DNA of 64,000 nucleotides from a virus (Duplodnaviria > Caudoviricetes), in the IMG/VR virus record IMGVR_UViG_2974528200_000001, positions 27,511 through 91,510 of that record; one strand, written 5' to 3'. The notes beneath the pieces are model-generated. The model had not been told where the DNA came from. It ran no database searches and saw only the letters and a list, made by a program, of their open reading frames with translations. Shown piece by piece: positions 48,414 through 59,725 of this stretch. The first letter of the stretch is position 1, and every line of letters starts with the position of its first letter. Both the position numbers and the translations under genes were made by a program.

Positions 48414-49142
48414 ATGCCATACTCAGAGAACATTCGATGCCTCACCCCCGGTTGTGGGGGTCGCCGGGTAGGTAAGGGTCGGTGTGTGAAATGCTACGAG
48501 GATTGGCAGATTCAGAACGGATACCCCAACGGGAAGTGTCGAGGCCAAGAGTGCGATCTACCCGTGAGCAGCAAGAGTCTTGGGCTGTGCCACTCACACG
48601 CGTGCAGGTATCGCCGGCATAAGTCTGGACAGAAGAGCCAGGGTGACCCGCTCAGGCCGCTCGGATCCAGGCAGCCCTGCTCAATTAGCGGATGCAAGAG
48701 GGTGCATTCCTCCCACGGGTACTGCCGATACCATAAGAAGAGGGTGGTGGACGGGTTTGTGCCCGCGTCCGAGCGACCCAAAGGTCCGCCCGCATCATGC
48801 AGGGTTAGTGAATGCTCACGACAGTCGCAGCAGGCTGGCTACTGCACCAAGCACTATGCGCGATTCTATCGCTACAAGCTGTCGCCAACGGACTTCGAGG
48901 GGCTAATCGAAGGACAGGGCGGTAGGTGCGCCATATGCGATTCTCGGTTTGACATGTCGAGACCCGGGCTAATTCATGTCGATCATGATCATGGGTGCTG
49001 CGCCGGGGGGACGACCTGTGGGGAATGTGTCAGAGGGCTGCTCTGCCGCAGCTGCAATTGGGGTCTCGGAAACTTCTCCGACGATCCGCGGCGGCTGGAT
49101 GCGGCAATTCGTTACCTGTCTGCAACCGGAGGACAGCCATGA
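48414..49142 (+). CDS. EndoVII-type endonuclease with tandem zinc-finger repeats
   Basis: Four C-x4-C...C-x2-(H/C) repeats, then QGGRCAIC...HVDHDH...VRGLLCRSCN.GLG. Confidence 0.88.
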   Translation: MPYSENIRCLTPGCGGRRVGKGRCVKCYEDWQIQNGYPNGKCRGQECDLPVSSKSLGLCHSHACRYRRHKSGQKSQGDPLRPLGSRQPCSISGCKRVHSSHGYCRYHKKRVVDGFVPASERPKGPPASCRVSECSRQSQQAGYCTKHYARFYRYKLSPTDFEGLIEGQGGRCAICDSRFDMSRPGLIHVDHDHGCCAGGTTCGECVRGLLCRSCNWGLGNFSDDPRRLDAAIRYLSATGGQP

Positions 49143-49396
49143 ACAAACGACGACTGGTAATGCGCGGAGCCAAAGCCTGGGTGGCCATCGCCGGCTTCTC
49201 CGCATACCACGAGCTGTTCTGTGACGACGGAGAACTACTCTCCGAAGCAATCGACCGGGCCATCGAGAAACACCCCATTCTCACCCGGCTCATATTCGTC
49301 ATCATCATGCTTCACCTCAACAACTGGATCCCCAAGAAGCTGATGTGGTTGGACCCGTTTCACCAGCTCGCAGTGCTGACCAAAAGGGTCGCATAG
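49139..49396 (+). CDS. Membrane protein
   Basis: AW......YHE.....ELLSE.....HP motif; hydrophobic. Confidence 0.65.
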   Translation: MNKRRLVMRGAKAWVAIAGFSAYHELFCDDGELLSEAIDRAIEKHPILTRLIFVIIMLHLNNWIPKKLMWLDPFHQLAVLTKRVA

Positions 49397-49497
49397 CTAA
49401 TTAGACGCCCATACACTTACCTTAGGTGGGTGGTGTTCTGATTGGCGTCGCACAATCACACTAACCCGAGGACTCTCCTCGAAACTCCTCCTCAAAG

Positions 49498-49530
49498 CAA
49501 ATACCCCCGGCCTATCACCGGGGGTATTTG
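49498..49530. terminator. Hairpin terminator at the end of the rightward arm
   Basis: CAAATACCCCCGG-cctatca-CCGGGGGTATTTG. Confidence 0.75.
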
Positions 49531-49563
49531 TCTATCCGCGCCCTCACATCAAATAGGGGAACC

Positions 49564-49755
49564 ATGATCGACACCGTAATTCTCGAAAACAACACCTACG
49601 AGGAAATTGCCGATGCTCTCTGGGATGACCTGCTAGAGCTCAACACCAAGGCCAAGCGGGCATACGAAGTGGGGGACAAGAACCAGTGGGACATACTCCA
49701 CCGGCTCATCAACGAAGACCTGGACCTACTCGAGATCACCCTCGAGATGATCTAA
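49564..49755 (+). CDS. Hypothetical protein
   Basis: AGGGGA SD, ATG at 49564. Confidence 0.55.
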   Translation: MIDTVILENNTYEEIADALWDDLLELNTKAKRAYEVGDKNQWDILHRLINEDLDLLEITLEMI

Positions 49756-50087
49756 AGCTCGTACTCATTCAGTCGCCACCGACGTTCCTGGTGGTCGAGG
49801 TGTATCGGGTTCCAGTACTCGAACTCAGCTCGCGCGATGGTCGCCTTGCGGTGCCACTTCACCATCTTCTGGTAGATCTCGCCGTCCCAGGGCTTGCCAG
49901 CATCGATCCATGCCAGATACCACTTGTCCCGCTTCGCCTCAGCCTTGATCATCTTTGCTTCGATGGGGGCCATGCGGACAGTCGAGAGCTCCACGAGCTC
50001 GTCGGCCACCTCGACCGCGAGCGCGACGTCGGCGTCCTTGATGCGCTCGGACTGCGTCTTGCCGAATAGTGCGTAGAGGGATGCCAT
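49752..50087 (-). CDS. Hypothetical protein
   Basis: GGAGG SD, last gene of the leftward arm. Confidence 0.6.
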   Translation of the reverse strand: MASLYALFGKTQSERIKDADVALAVEVADELVELSTVRMAPIEAKMIKAEAKRDKWYLAWIDAGKPWDGEIYQKMVKWHRKATIARAEFEYWNPIHLDHQERRWRLNEYEL

Positions 50088-50465
50088 CTAGTCCTCCCGG
50101 ATCTCTTCGCGCGGATACCGCGGCTTGTCGCGACCGCGGCCCTTCGGATCGATGCCGAGGCCGGCCTCCCACAGCCGCTGGCGGACCACCGTCAGGCTGC
50201 AGTTCAGCTGCTTGGATGCCTTCCGCATCGAACCGCACTCGTCCAGTGCGTCGAGCACGTCCTGGATCGTGATGTCGACGCGGCCCTTCGGTTGCGGCTT
50301 GTTCTTCAAATGGTCGCGAGTGTAGTACCAGACGGTACCGTTTGACAGGTTGGTCTCAGCCACCATCTCCTTCAGGGTGGCACCTTCCTCTGCCCGGTTG
50401 ACCAGGTACTTGGCCATGCCGGGGGTCACCTTGTCCCACGGCTTGCGGTCTTTCACGATGGTCAT
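50088..50465 (-). CDS. Double HTH DNA-binding protein
   Basis: GATLKEMVAETNLSNGTVWYY and GSMRKASKQLNCSLTVVRQRL. Confidence 0.75.
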   Translation of the reverse strand: MTIVKDRKPWDKVTPGMAKYLVNRAEEGATLKEMVAETNLSNGTVWYYTRDHLKNKPQPKGRVDITIQDVLDALDECGSMRKASKQLNCSLTVVRQRLWEAGLGIDPKGRGRDKPRYPREEIRED

Positions 50466-50525
50466 CGTGACTCCTTTCGTAGCTGTTAGTCTGAATGCTA
50501 TCAGACTGGTGGGTGTCAGTCCAGG

Positions 50526-53500
50526 TCACGGCTTGAGAACAACGACCACGCCCGACAGCTCGAGGTCTTCCCATACCACGCGGGTCACCTCGTGCTCGTG
50601 CATGTCGATGTCGATGTGGTCGCCAACCCGCGGGATGAACCGAATGTCCTGCAGGCCATCGTCGATGACGTGCTCGCGGGTCAGGGTGAAGTCCTCCGGG
50701 TAGTCCCGGTCCGGGATCTGATAGACGATCCTCATTCTGCCTCTCTCCATTCCTCTTCGCCGGCCTGGCGCGTCAGTATGGTGTACCCGAATGACCAGGC
50801 CCGGTCTCGTGCTTCCTGCTCGCCCTCAGCCGGGAAGATGCGACCCTTCCAGATGTTGTCCGGGCCATCCGATCGGTCGACGGTTGCCCACTCGCTCATG
50901 CTTCCTCCAATCTCTCCAGCATCTGCAGCACGCCGGTGATGAAGATGCCTGGTTCCGATGCCCACCAGTCCTCGCCGGCGCACATCAGGTAGTAGTTCTC
51001 CGCGGCCTGCATGACTGTGCCGTCGAACTCGCGCGCCGACCCTCGGTTGGCGTGCTCCATCATGTACGTCCACAGGATGTCCACCACGGCGTCCCTCGAC
51101 TCCGGTGTGGCTGTGCGGTAGGTGAACCCGTCATCGTTCCACTCGAGTCCGTTCTCGACGGTCGGGCGGTTGGTGTCGTCGCTGTTCCACTGCAGTCGAT
51201 GCTCGACGGCGAAGTCAGCGAGTGTGTCCACAATGGTTGTCATACGATCCACTCTCCTTCCAAGATCTTCTCGGCTGCATGCTTCGCCTCCGCAACCCGG
51301 AGGACTTCCACGGCTTCGTCGAACGACATGACACCGTCGGCACCACCCGGCTGCGTGTACTCGAATGCAATGATCGACCGATGCTCGTTCTCGTTGTAGA
51401 CCACCACCCAGCCGTGCCGGTAGCGGAGGTGGACCGTGGTGCCGTCATCGAATGTTGTCTCAACGATGGTTGGGCAACCACCGACGGTCATCGTCGTGTG
51501 TCTCAACACCCACCTCCTGTCAGTTTCTTCTTGATTGCTTCCATGTTCGCTGCGAGCTGCTTGCGGTCCTTGGTGTAGATCTCGCCCTTGTGACAGCTCT
51601 TCTCCAGGTCGAGGAGCGCAAGCCGAACTTCCTCGACGCGCCAGTCCAAGGTGGTGGCCGGCACCAACTCCCGGAGCAGTTCGCGGAAGTCCGACGCCGC
51701 GTTCGCGATGCGCTCGTTGTCGGTGTTGCCTTCGAGCTTGATAGTGTTGGGCATCAGTAAACCTCCTTCATGTGGTCGGCGGTGACCTTGTACGAGCGGG
51801 TCAGGATCGACAGCAGCTTGTACTCGGCCAGCTTTGAGTCCTGGGCGAACGCGTAGTGCTCGAGCTCCTGACGCAGCCAGTCGAGTTGGGCGCGCGTGTT
51901 GTTGTGGTGCCGGTCGAGCGCGTCCTGGGTTGCCTGCGCGTCGGCGATCTGCTGCTGGACGATGGCACCGAACAGGTCGGAGTTGAAGATGGTCTCGGCG
52001 TCGTTCACCGGTCCTCCTCGATCGCGGTCAGCTTCGCGGGGTTTTCCCAGCACGAGCCCATGTCGTCGTCCCAGAGCACGAGGACCGTGGTGTCGTTGAA
52101 CATGGTTCCGCGCTTCTCGATCACGGTCCCTCGGTAGGTCTTCGGGCCGTAGGTGTCCTGGACACGCTGGCCGACGGGAAATCCTGTCACACCCCCTCCT
52201 TGTCCATGTCGACGTCGATCTCGCAGTCGTAGTTGTTGGACCGGGAGAACCAGGCCTCACGGACCCACTCGGCCAGGGAGCCGCCATTGGCAAGCTCCTC
52301 GTCGAGCAGCCGCTGCAGCTCTTCCATGGTCATGTCGCCAGACAGCTCGGGGTACTCGTGCCCCATGTACTCGATCATCTCGGCGAGTTCGGGCCGACCG
52401 ATGTACCAGGTGACGGTCTCGACCTGGCGCAGTCGCAGGATCTGGTTGCTCACTGGTTAATCTCCTTCGAGTAGAGGACGGTGACCTGGGTGTCGTTCGG
52501 GATCTCGTCGTACCAGTTGACTAGCAGCTGGTTCGAGTTGTCCCAGCGCAGACGGGTGATGTCGCCGCCCGTGTACACGCCGGCGACCAGGACCGCGTCC
52601 TCGGACATGGGGATGACGTGGCGGATCTTGATGTCGCAGATGTCGCGGCCACCCTCGATGCGGGGCATGGTGTATCGGTAGACCATCCCCGGCTTGATCT
52701 CGCCGGCGGTCATAGTGGTGTCGATGATGGTGGTCATGGTTTGCCTCTCAGACTGTGTAGTAGGAGTCGTCAGCCGAGATGAATCGGACGACTTCCTCGT
52801 GTGCGTCGCCGGTTCCGGCGTCGGTGGTGATGTAGTGGTCGATGACTGCGACGATGCGGTTGTCGGAAGACTTGCGCAGCAGGTCCAGGGCTTGGGCATG
52901 CACGACCGCATCTTCCGCGGTGGCTGCATCGACGTCGCGGTATGACCCGCCCAGGTAGATGACGCGGTAGAGGTTCAGTTCCATGGTTAGTTCTCCTGAT
53001 CTCGAATGTCTGCTTGTCGGTTTGCGTTTCGGCTCATCCGCCGGCGCTGCTTGCGGTTGGGGATCGGTGCTGCTGCGTTGCTGCGCCGGATCTCCTGGAT
53101 CTTTCGCATGTACGCCCTGCTCATCACGGCACACCTCCACAGCTCCGGCAGTAGACGCCGGCGTTCCAGGCCCACACGTGGTCGCACATCGGGTTGTTGC
53201 ACATCACAGCCCCTCCGGCATGCCAGTGGTAACGATCTCGACGTTGGTGGTCTCGTCCGCGTAGGAGCCGGTGAACCCCACCGACTTCCGCGCCTTCTGG
53301 GCTGCAGCCAGCTCGCGCAGGGTGACGTCGTCGAGGTTGGCGTAGGGCGGCTTGGCTCGCATGTCCTCGACGTCGTGATCCTCGATCTGGACGTACACCT
53401 CGACCTCAACCTTGACCTTGAACGGGTAGTAGTTGTCGCTCATCGCTCGACCCTCACGGTAATGTCAGCCTCGTCGGCGACCGGGCTGGACTCGTGGAGT

Positions 53501-54680
53501 CGGTGCTCCACCTCGCCCAGGATGCCGTCGTGGTCTTCGAAGATGACGGTTTGGAGCAGGCTGGCGAGCATGCTGTTCTCCAGTTCCTCCATGGTTGCAC
53601 CGACAGACTTTCCGAGCGTGACGTTGTGCTCCGTCAGCATCTCGATGACCTCGCTGCGGGTGAGTGCGATGCTCTGGGTGATCTCTCGTTCGATGATGAA
53701 CATGTCATGCCTCCTTGGTTTCGACCTTGACGAACACGTCAGCCGCGCCGTTGCGGTCGGTGAGAACGAACTCGACGCCATCGAATGCGTTGCCGCGCAA
53801 CTTGTCGGCGATGGTCTCGATGATGTCGGCGCGGGTCAGCTCGTCGGTGTAGCTCTTGATGTCGACGGTGGTGTGGTAGATGGCCATGGGTCAGCCCTTC
53901 GGGTTGTTGGCGACGAACTGGCGGTTGATCTCGCGCGAGCCGACGAAGTGCTGGCCGGCGGTGTTCTTGCTGAGACTGGGGGGCTTGATGAGGTTCACGG
54001 TCATGGTGGATGCCTTCTTTCAGAGTGTTGTTTGTCTTGTGTTGCATTAGACACTAGACGACTGTGCGGTGGGAGTCAACCCCGTAGGGTCCTAGAAGTC
54101 CAAACGTGCTGCTAGATTGCAGAACTCAGGGGTGTCGCGGGTGTCCTGCTCGGTGTATCCGACCGACTGGGAGAACTCGGCCAGAGCCTCACCCAGGTCG
54201 GCGGACACGATCAGTCGCAGCCGGGTCCACGGATCGAACGGGACCAGGCTCATGTAGGTGGTCACGTCACACTCCTTTCGACCAGTAGAGGATGCCCAGT
54301 CCGGTCAGGTGAGCCTGGGTCTCCTCGTCGGGCAGCTCGGACGTCGCACAGTTGAAGTCCTTGTCCGCATCGTAGAGCACGATGGAGTCTCGCACGTCCA
54401 GGTGTGCGCGCTGGACCAGGCCGGCGTTGATGAACCCAACCATCAACTCGCGGTTCAGCTTTCGCTGCATCGGGGGCAGGGCCTTGGGGTTGATCTCTTC
54501 GAGCTTCACAGTTCCTCCTCGGGGACGGTCTCGTACACGACGTGCTCGTTCACGTCGACCAGCATGCCGGTGCCGGGGTCGCTGTAGTCGATGGACACCT
54601 CGACCTGGCCCTCGGGATTGACGCCCACAGTCACAGTGACCGGGGATGCGTAGCTCACGTCGAACTCGTGCTGTTGCATC
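50526..54680 (-). other. Run of roughly 15 tightly coupled small hypothetical genes (leftward early operons)
   Basis: ORFs such as 50896-51243, 51240-51509, 51503-51754, 52005-52190, 52187-52453, 53204-53443, 53705-53887 with overlapping stop/start codons and SD sites. Confidence 0.6.
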
Positions 54681-55386
54681 ACGATGCGATCTCCTCGCGG
54701 TAGTTGATGGTCGCCATGATCTGGCCACCGACGTACTCGGTGTAGGCCGGCGGGATGGCTTCGGCGATCTCCTTGCGGACGCTCGTCCAGTCGATGCCCA
54801 TTGCCTTCTGCCACTGCGCCACGGTGCCCTTGCCGCCACCCTCGCCATACACCGCGAAGTAGGGGCCGTCGAACCACTCGCCGTGCCGGTATCCAGCCAC
54901 ACGACCGCGGTGCTTCTTGTGCTCGGGCTGTTCGACTCCGAAGTTGCGAACCTCGAAGTAGCGATGCCGGATCACGCTCAGGCCGAACATCTCACCGCAC
55001 AGGGTGAGGTCCCGGCGCATGTCTGCACCCTGCACGTTCTCGATCACGGTCGGAATGTCGAACTCCGACAACAGTTCCCGCGTCTCCGGAATCAGGTTCA
55101 GGTAGAACCGACCCCTGTTCGTGCCCTTGGTTAGCGTCGAACTCGCCTGGCATGGTGGCGACGTGTGGATCGCAGCCAAGCCGTGACCCTGCCGGGGGAG
55201 CGCGTCCAGAAACTCCAGCGCGTCACCCTGGTGGAACTCGAACGGGTAGTTCGGCTGGTCCTCGATGTCGACACCGATCACACGGAAGCCGGCGCGGTGG
55301 TAACCCATCGCGGCACCCCCGGCGCAGCAGAACAGGTCCAGCAGCACGGGCCGCGTGTCGAGTGTCGAAGTGGAGATTAGAGACAT
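54679..55386 (-). CDS. DNA cytosine-5 methyltransferase (compact)
   Basis: LDLFCCAGG (motif I), SPPCQ (IV), IENV (VI), RHRYF (VIII), AEAIPPAYTEYVG (X). Confidence 0.9.
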   Translation of the reverse strand: MSLISTSTLDTRPVLLDLFCCAGGAAMGYHRAGFRVIGVDIEDQPNYPFEFHQGDALEFLDALPRQGHGLAAIHTSPPCQASSTLTKGTNRGRFYLNLIPETRELLSEFDIPTVIENVQGADMRRDLTLCGEMFGLSVIRHRYFEVRNFGVEQPEHKKHRGRVAGYRHGEWFDGPYFAVYGEGGGKGTVAQWQKAMGIDWTSVRKEIAEAIPPAYTEYVGGQIMATINYREEIAS

Positions 55387-55891
55387 GGGTAATCCTTAGA
55401 GGTCGTTGGGGGCGGGCTTGGGCTCCCACTCTTCGATGCGGGTTTCGTTGATCTCGCCGTCGACATACTCGGTGTCGGGGGCGATGTCGACCCATAGGCC
55501 GTCGCGCAGTGCGTTATCGATCCACTCCTCCTGGTCCTCCTTCGACCAGGTCGTGAACTCGTCGGGCACGCGGGTGATGACAGCCCGGTAGCGGGTGATG
55601 AGGCGCTCATCCTCGGTGTAGGCGACCGACAGTTGCATCACGGCTCGACCTCCTGCCAGAACTCGACAGCGTCTCGGTCGTCGCCGTCGGTGTAGCTCGG
55701 CCAGTCGATGCGTTCCCCGGCGACCAGCATTGTCTTGGGGGTGGCGCGCTCGACCTTCATCAGCACGAACTCGATGGTCTCGGCGTCCCACTCGTCCAGC
55801 TCGCCAACGGTTTTCATGATCCGGGCGAGTGCCAGTTGGGCCTGCCGGGGGTCGATCTGGTCGGCGATGCGGGAGATGTTGGTAGTCATGT

Positions 55892-56335
55892 TCAGTCCTT
55901 GTTCGGGTTGGTGATGATGTGGTTCCAGTGCTGCCCGAAGCCTTCCCCGGATAGGACCTTGAGCTCGTCGCACAGTTCGGCGCAGTCGAAGTCGACGGTC
56001 TCGCGGTACGGTTCGCCGCCGACTAGGTAGCAGATCCGCACGCTATTGGCCGCGAACCAGCCGTCGTCCCATTCGTCTGCGGTGAACTCGATCTCGATGA
56101 TCTCGGCGGCGATGTCGGCGAAGTTCTCGGTAACCTCGGCCATGACCAGGTCCCACAGCCGGCGCTCCATCGCGACGTGGTCAGCGTCGGGCAGGTTCAG
56201 TGCCCACATGGTCTCTTGCAGTTGGTTCCTCAGGGTCCAGTAGTCGCCGTCAATCCGGGCGAGGAACTTGCCCTGCTCGCGGACGGCAATGTATTGCCGA
56301 CCGCTCGGGTCCTTCAGGACGTGGAGTGTTGCCAT
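55892..56335 (-). CDS. Hypothetical protein
   Basis: GGAGG SD, 147 aa. Confidence 0.6.
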   Translation of the reverse strand: MATLHVLKDPSGRQYIAVREQGKFLARIDGDYWTLRNQLQETMWALNLPDADHVAMERRLWDLVMAEVTENFADIAAEIIEIEFTADEWDDGWFAANSVRICYLVGGEPYRETVDFDCAELCDELKVLSGEGFGQHWNHIITNPNKD

Positions 56336-56583
56336 TGCTCAGGCCTCCATGCCGTACTTGAAGCGTCGAACCTCACGCCGGCGCAGGGTCTCGTTGCGCT
56401 GTTCCTGCTTGCTTGCTCGTGCCATGTCAGTTGCCTCCTTCGGTCATCCAGCCAACGATCTCCATGTCGTCGCCGGTTTCGGGGTCGATTAGGGTGCCCG
56501 CGGTGGTCAGGTCACCCCAGGGTTGTGCGTGCTCGTTGCCAGCTGCGTCCACGTAGACCAGCCACATGCCGTCGGTGCGCATG

Positions 56584-56799
56584 TCAGTCGTCCTCCAGCT
56601 TGTAACCGCCGACGCGGTTGCCGTTCTGGTCCAGGATCGAGAGGGTTTGACGTCCGACGCCGTACTCTGCGATGTAGTCGGCGACGTCGTGCAGGATGCG
56701 CGCGATCTCCGCCTCGCGGAACCATTCGTCGTTACCACCGCCGGTCTCGTCGGTGAATGCGGCGTTGCTGGTGCGGATGTTGAGTTTGAACTCGCTCAT
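56584..56799 (-). CDS. Hypothetical protein (conserved phage NAAF...RIL...D.NGN.VG family)
   Basis: Motifs as stated. Confidence 0.65.
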   Translation of the reverse strand: MSEFKLNIRTSNAAFTDETGGGNDEWFREAEIARILHDVADYIAEYGVGRQTLSILDQNGNRVGGYKLEDD

Positions 56800-57422
56800 G
56801 ACTTGTCCTTCGGGTTGTGTGCGGCAACCCAGGTGATTGCCTGCATCTCGGATGGTTCGACGCCTACCGCCTGTGCAGCCTTGGTGTAGGCATTAGACAC
56901 ACCGGCATAGACGCCCACGCGGTTGATGTAGCGGTAGTCCACGCCAGCGATCCGCATTGCCCAGCTGTCCACGGTCACGTACTCGGTGTGACCCAGGATG
57001 TTGTGCGCGAACGCGTGAGTCTTGATGCCCGGTGTCATCTCACCGAGCGGGTCGTCGGACAGATACAAGGCCTGGTAAGCCTTGCGCCAGTTCTGGTGCG
57101 TGAGGCCGGCGGTACCCGGCACGCGCGGAGCCTGGTAGCTCGGCGCACCCGGCGTTGCGAGTGCGAGCGCGAATGCCACGTTGTCCTCCCACTTGACCTG
57201 AGGTGACAGGTGGGCGATGGCGACCGCGCATGCCTCTACCTGTCGGTTAGACAGTAGGGCACACTGTTGCGCCACGTCAAACGCCTCCTTGTACCAGAGC
57301 TGACCAGCGATGATGTCAGCGTCGGTAGCTTGGTCGAACACCGACAGGATGTTCGAGACCATGGCTCGACCACCGATTCCATTCGTCTGCTTGTACAAGG
57401 GCTTGGTGCTGCGGGGTGCCAT
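56796..57422 (-). CDS. HhH DNA-glycosylase-like phage protein
   Basis: G..WY, A.LSPQ..W..N, G.KT.AF..NI, VTVD.WA, ..MQA.TWV. Confidence 0.6.
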   Translation of the reverse strand: MAPRSTKPLYKQTNGIGGRAMVSNILSVFDQATDADIIAGQLWYKEAFDVAQQCALLSNRQVEACAVAIAHLSPQVKWEDNVAFALALATPGAPSYQAPRVPGTAGLTHQNWRKAYQALYLSDDPLGEMTPGIKTHAFAHNILGHTEYVTVDSWAMRIAGVDYRYINRVGVYAGVSNAYTKAAQAVGVEPSEMQAITWVAAHNPKDKS

Positions 57423-57505
57423 GGAGCTTACCTTTCATTGTTCTGTCTGCTCTCTCGTTGTTGATTAGACACTAGCATGTCTGATCGGTGGGTGTCAACA
57501 CCCGG

Positions 57506-57958
57506 TTAGGCGTGATTCTTCCACTCGACCGCGTCGGGGAAGTTGTCCTCCAGCGTGGTGAAGTCGTCGCGCTGCCGGTAGGCGTCGGCATCAACCAGCA
57601 CCCACCGCTCGCTCGCGCCGTTTTGGAACACGACGCCCACCATGCCGTCGGGCACCCGGTCATCCCAGCTGCCCCATGCCGCGCCAACCAGGTGCTTGCC
57701 CTCGTCCAGCAGCGCGTTACGTCGATCCTCGCGCGCCTGGGACTGTTCGGCACCCTCACGGCACCGATCGTCGTGGACGCCGTTCAAGCCACCGCGCAGC
57801 TTGTAGCATGCCGCGCAGTACGCCGGCGGCGGGCAGTAGTGCAACTGCCCACCATTGCGTAGCGTCACCTTGTACTTGCACTTGCGACGTCGCACGCCGC
57901 CCGACTGTCCGCAGTTGTCGCAGCACAACTTGCCGCTGTAATCGAAGCTGTAACCCAT
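57506..57958 (-). CDS. Hypothetical Cys-rich protein
   Basis: CCDNCG...C...YC....YC..C; GGAG SD. Confidence 0.6.
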   Translation of the reverse strand: MGYSFDYSGKLCCDNCGQSGGVRRRKCKYKVTLRNGGQLHYCPPPAYCAACYKLRGGLNGVHDDRCREGAEQSQAREDRRNALLDEGKHLVGAAWGSWDDRVPDGMVGVVFQNGASERWVLVDADAYRQRDDFTTLEDNFPDAVEWKNHA

Positions 57959-58369
57959 TGTCAGATCTCCTTGTTGAGCTGAGCGATGCCGACCACGGCC
58001 ACCAGGGTGACGACCGTGAACAGTGAGGTGATGATGATGAACTGAAGCGCGTGCAACCAGGGATTCATGTCACCAGTCCTCATCCCAGCTGCACTGGCAG
58101 CGATCCTTGACGTACTCGCAGTACTCGCAGACGTTGTCCATGGGACATCCTTTCGATTGAGCTAACCCATGTGTGGTGTGCCCACCTGTTGATTAGACAG
58201 ATGGGCACACGGACACAGTGGTCAGTCCACGTTGCCCGACTTGGTCCAGGCGTTGGGCGTGTACTCGGCCTGGCCGCTGCGCGACTCGGCACGCAGGGTG
58301 TCGACGTCGACCTGGACCTGCTTGAGCAACAGCGTGTCGTCCATGTTCATGGTGTCTCTCCTTTCCTGT

Positions 58370-59641
58370 TTAGGCCGCGACGCGCGCGGCGATGGACTCA
58401 CGGGTGGGAACGGTATTGCGGGCGATCAGGTGCCACGCCTTGCCGTTGCCCATCTTTCGACGGGCATGGTCAGGCTCGCGCCACATGTCCCCGGCGATCC
58501 AGGGGTGGTGGTACATGCTGCCGCGTGCCAGCATGGTGCCGTCGGGCAGCGTGGCGACCTCGGTTGCCGTGTGGGCAGTGCCATACAAGGGCGTGCCGGT
58601 TGCTTGCTCGATCTCGCGGCGATGCTTGGGCTTGGTGATGCGAGTCGTGGGCATGATCTGCCATAGCCAGTGCCGACCGTAGTTCTTCCCCTGCTGACTC
58701 AGCCAGTGGGACCAGTCGCCGGTGAAGTCCACGGCCTCAACAGCCGGCACGAAGTCGGTGTCATCGAGCATCTTGAAGTTGTAGTCGTTCTCGACCCAGT
58801 CACGGACCGGGCCCTTGCGCTTGGTGATGACGCCGCCCATGCGCTTGATCTGCGCCGTCGTGATCTCGGTCGGGATCGCGAACATGTCACCCTGCCGGGT
58901 CACTTCACGGCCCATATCCTCGGCAGTGAGGACAGCCTCAGGCTTGAGTGCCTGCATCGCATCCTCGAACGAGAACACCTCACGCGGCAGCTCGGACAGG
59001 AAGTACAGCGGGCGCGACTCCTGCCGATCGAACGATGACACGTAGTACGCCGTGCGCTCGAACTCACCCCACGGCTGAGTTTTGGCCTTGAACACGGCGT
59101 CACCCAGCCAGTGCCGCACCGAATGCCAGCGGTAGGTGCCGTCGGCATCCAGCTTGACCAGCTGGCCACCGTGAGTGCTGCCGACGAAGTGCCGCGTGTC
59201 CTCGTTGGTCCACACGTACTCACTGCCGTAGTACCCGCCGCGGACGTTGTCCACGATCATGCCGCCCGGTGCGACCGACGACGACTGCGCCGTGTACTCG
59301 AAACCGTCCGCCTTGACGTCGATCGGTTCGATCGTCGTCGCCTTGATGTTTGCGTTGCTCAGTGCCTCGAAAGGCACGATCACGTAGGTGATCTCGGCAC
59401 GGGCCAGTGCGTGTCGCACCTCGGACTGATGCCGGGTGGTCGACACCGAGTAGGTGTCACCGTTGAGCACGGCGTGCCGGATCGTGCCGTCGTCGTTGCG
59501 GACCAGGATGCCCATCGGGAAGTGACGACCGTAGGAGTAGATGGTGTCACCCTCGGAGAACACGTTGCAGCCGGTCAGGGTGGTGCGCAGACCCTTGGGG
59601 TTGCTGATCCACCGTGCGACCATCTTTTCGGTGTTGGACAT
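58370..59641 (-). CDS. Hypothetical protein, 423 aa
   Basis: GAAAGG SD; IYSYG.HFP, YS.ST..HQ and RQGDMF motifs seen in phage early proteins. Confidence 0.75.
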   Translation of the reverse strand: MSNTEKMVARWISNPKGLRTTLTGCNVFSEGDTIYSYGRHFPMGILVRNDDGTIRHAVLNGDTYSVSTTRHQSEVRHALARAEITYVIVPFEALSNANIKATTIEPIDVKADGFEYTAQSSSVAPGGMIVDNVRGGYYGSEYVWTNEDTRHFVGSTHGGQLVKLDADGTYRWHSVRHWLGDAVFKAKTQPWGEFERTAYYVSSFDRQESRPLYFLSELPREVFSFEDAMQALKPEAVLTAEDMGREVTRQGDMFAIPTEITTAQIKRMGGVITKRKGPVRDWVENDYNFKMLDDTDFVPAVEAVDFTGDWSHWLSQQGKNYGRHWLWQIMPTTRITKPKHRREIEQATGTPLYGTAHTATEVATLPDGTMLARGSMYHHPWIAGDMWREPDHARRKMGNGKAWHLIARNTVPTRESIAARVAA

Positions 59642-59725
59642 GGGGTTGCCTTTCAGTGTGTTGAGCTAACCGTTGAGTGATCCGTCCAAGTGTTGGTTAG
59701 ACACTTGGGCGGACGGACTCACAAG

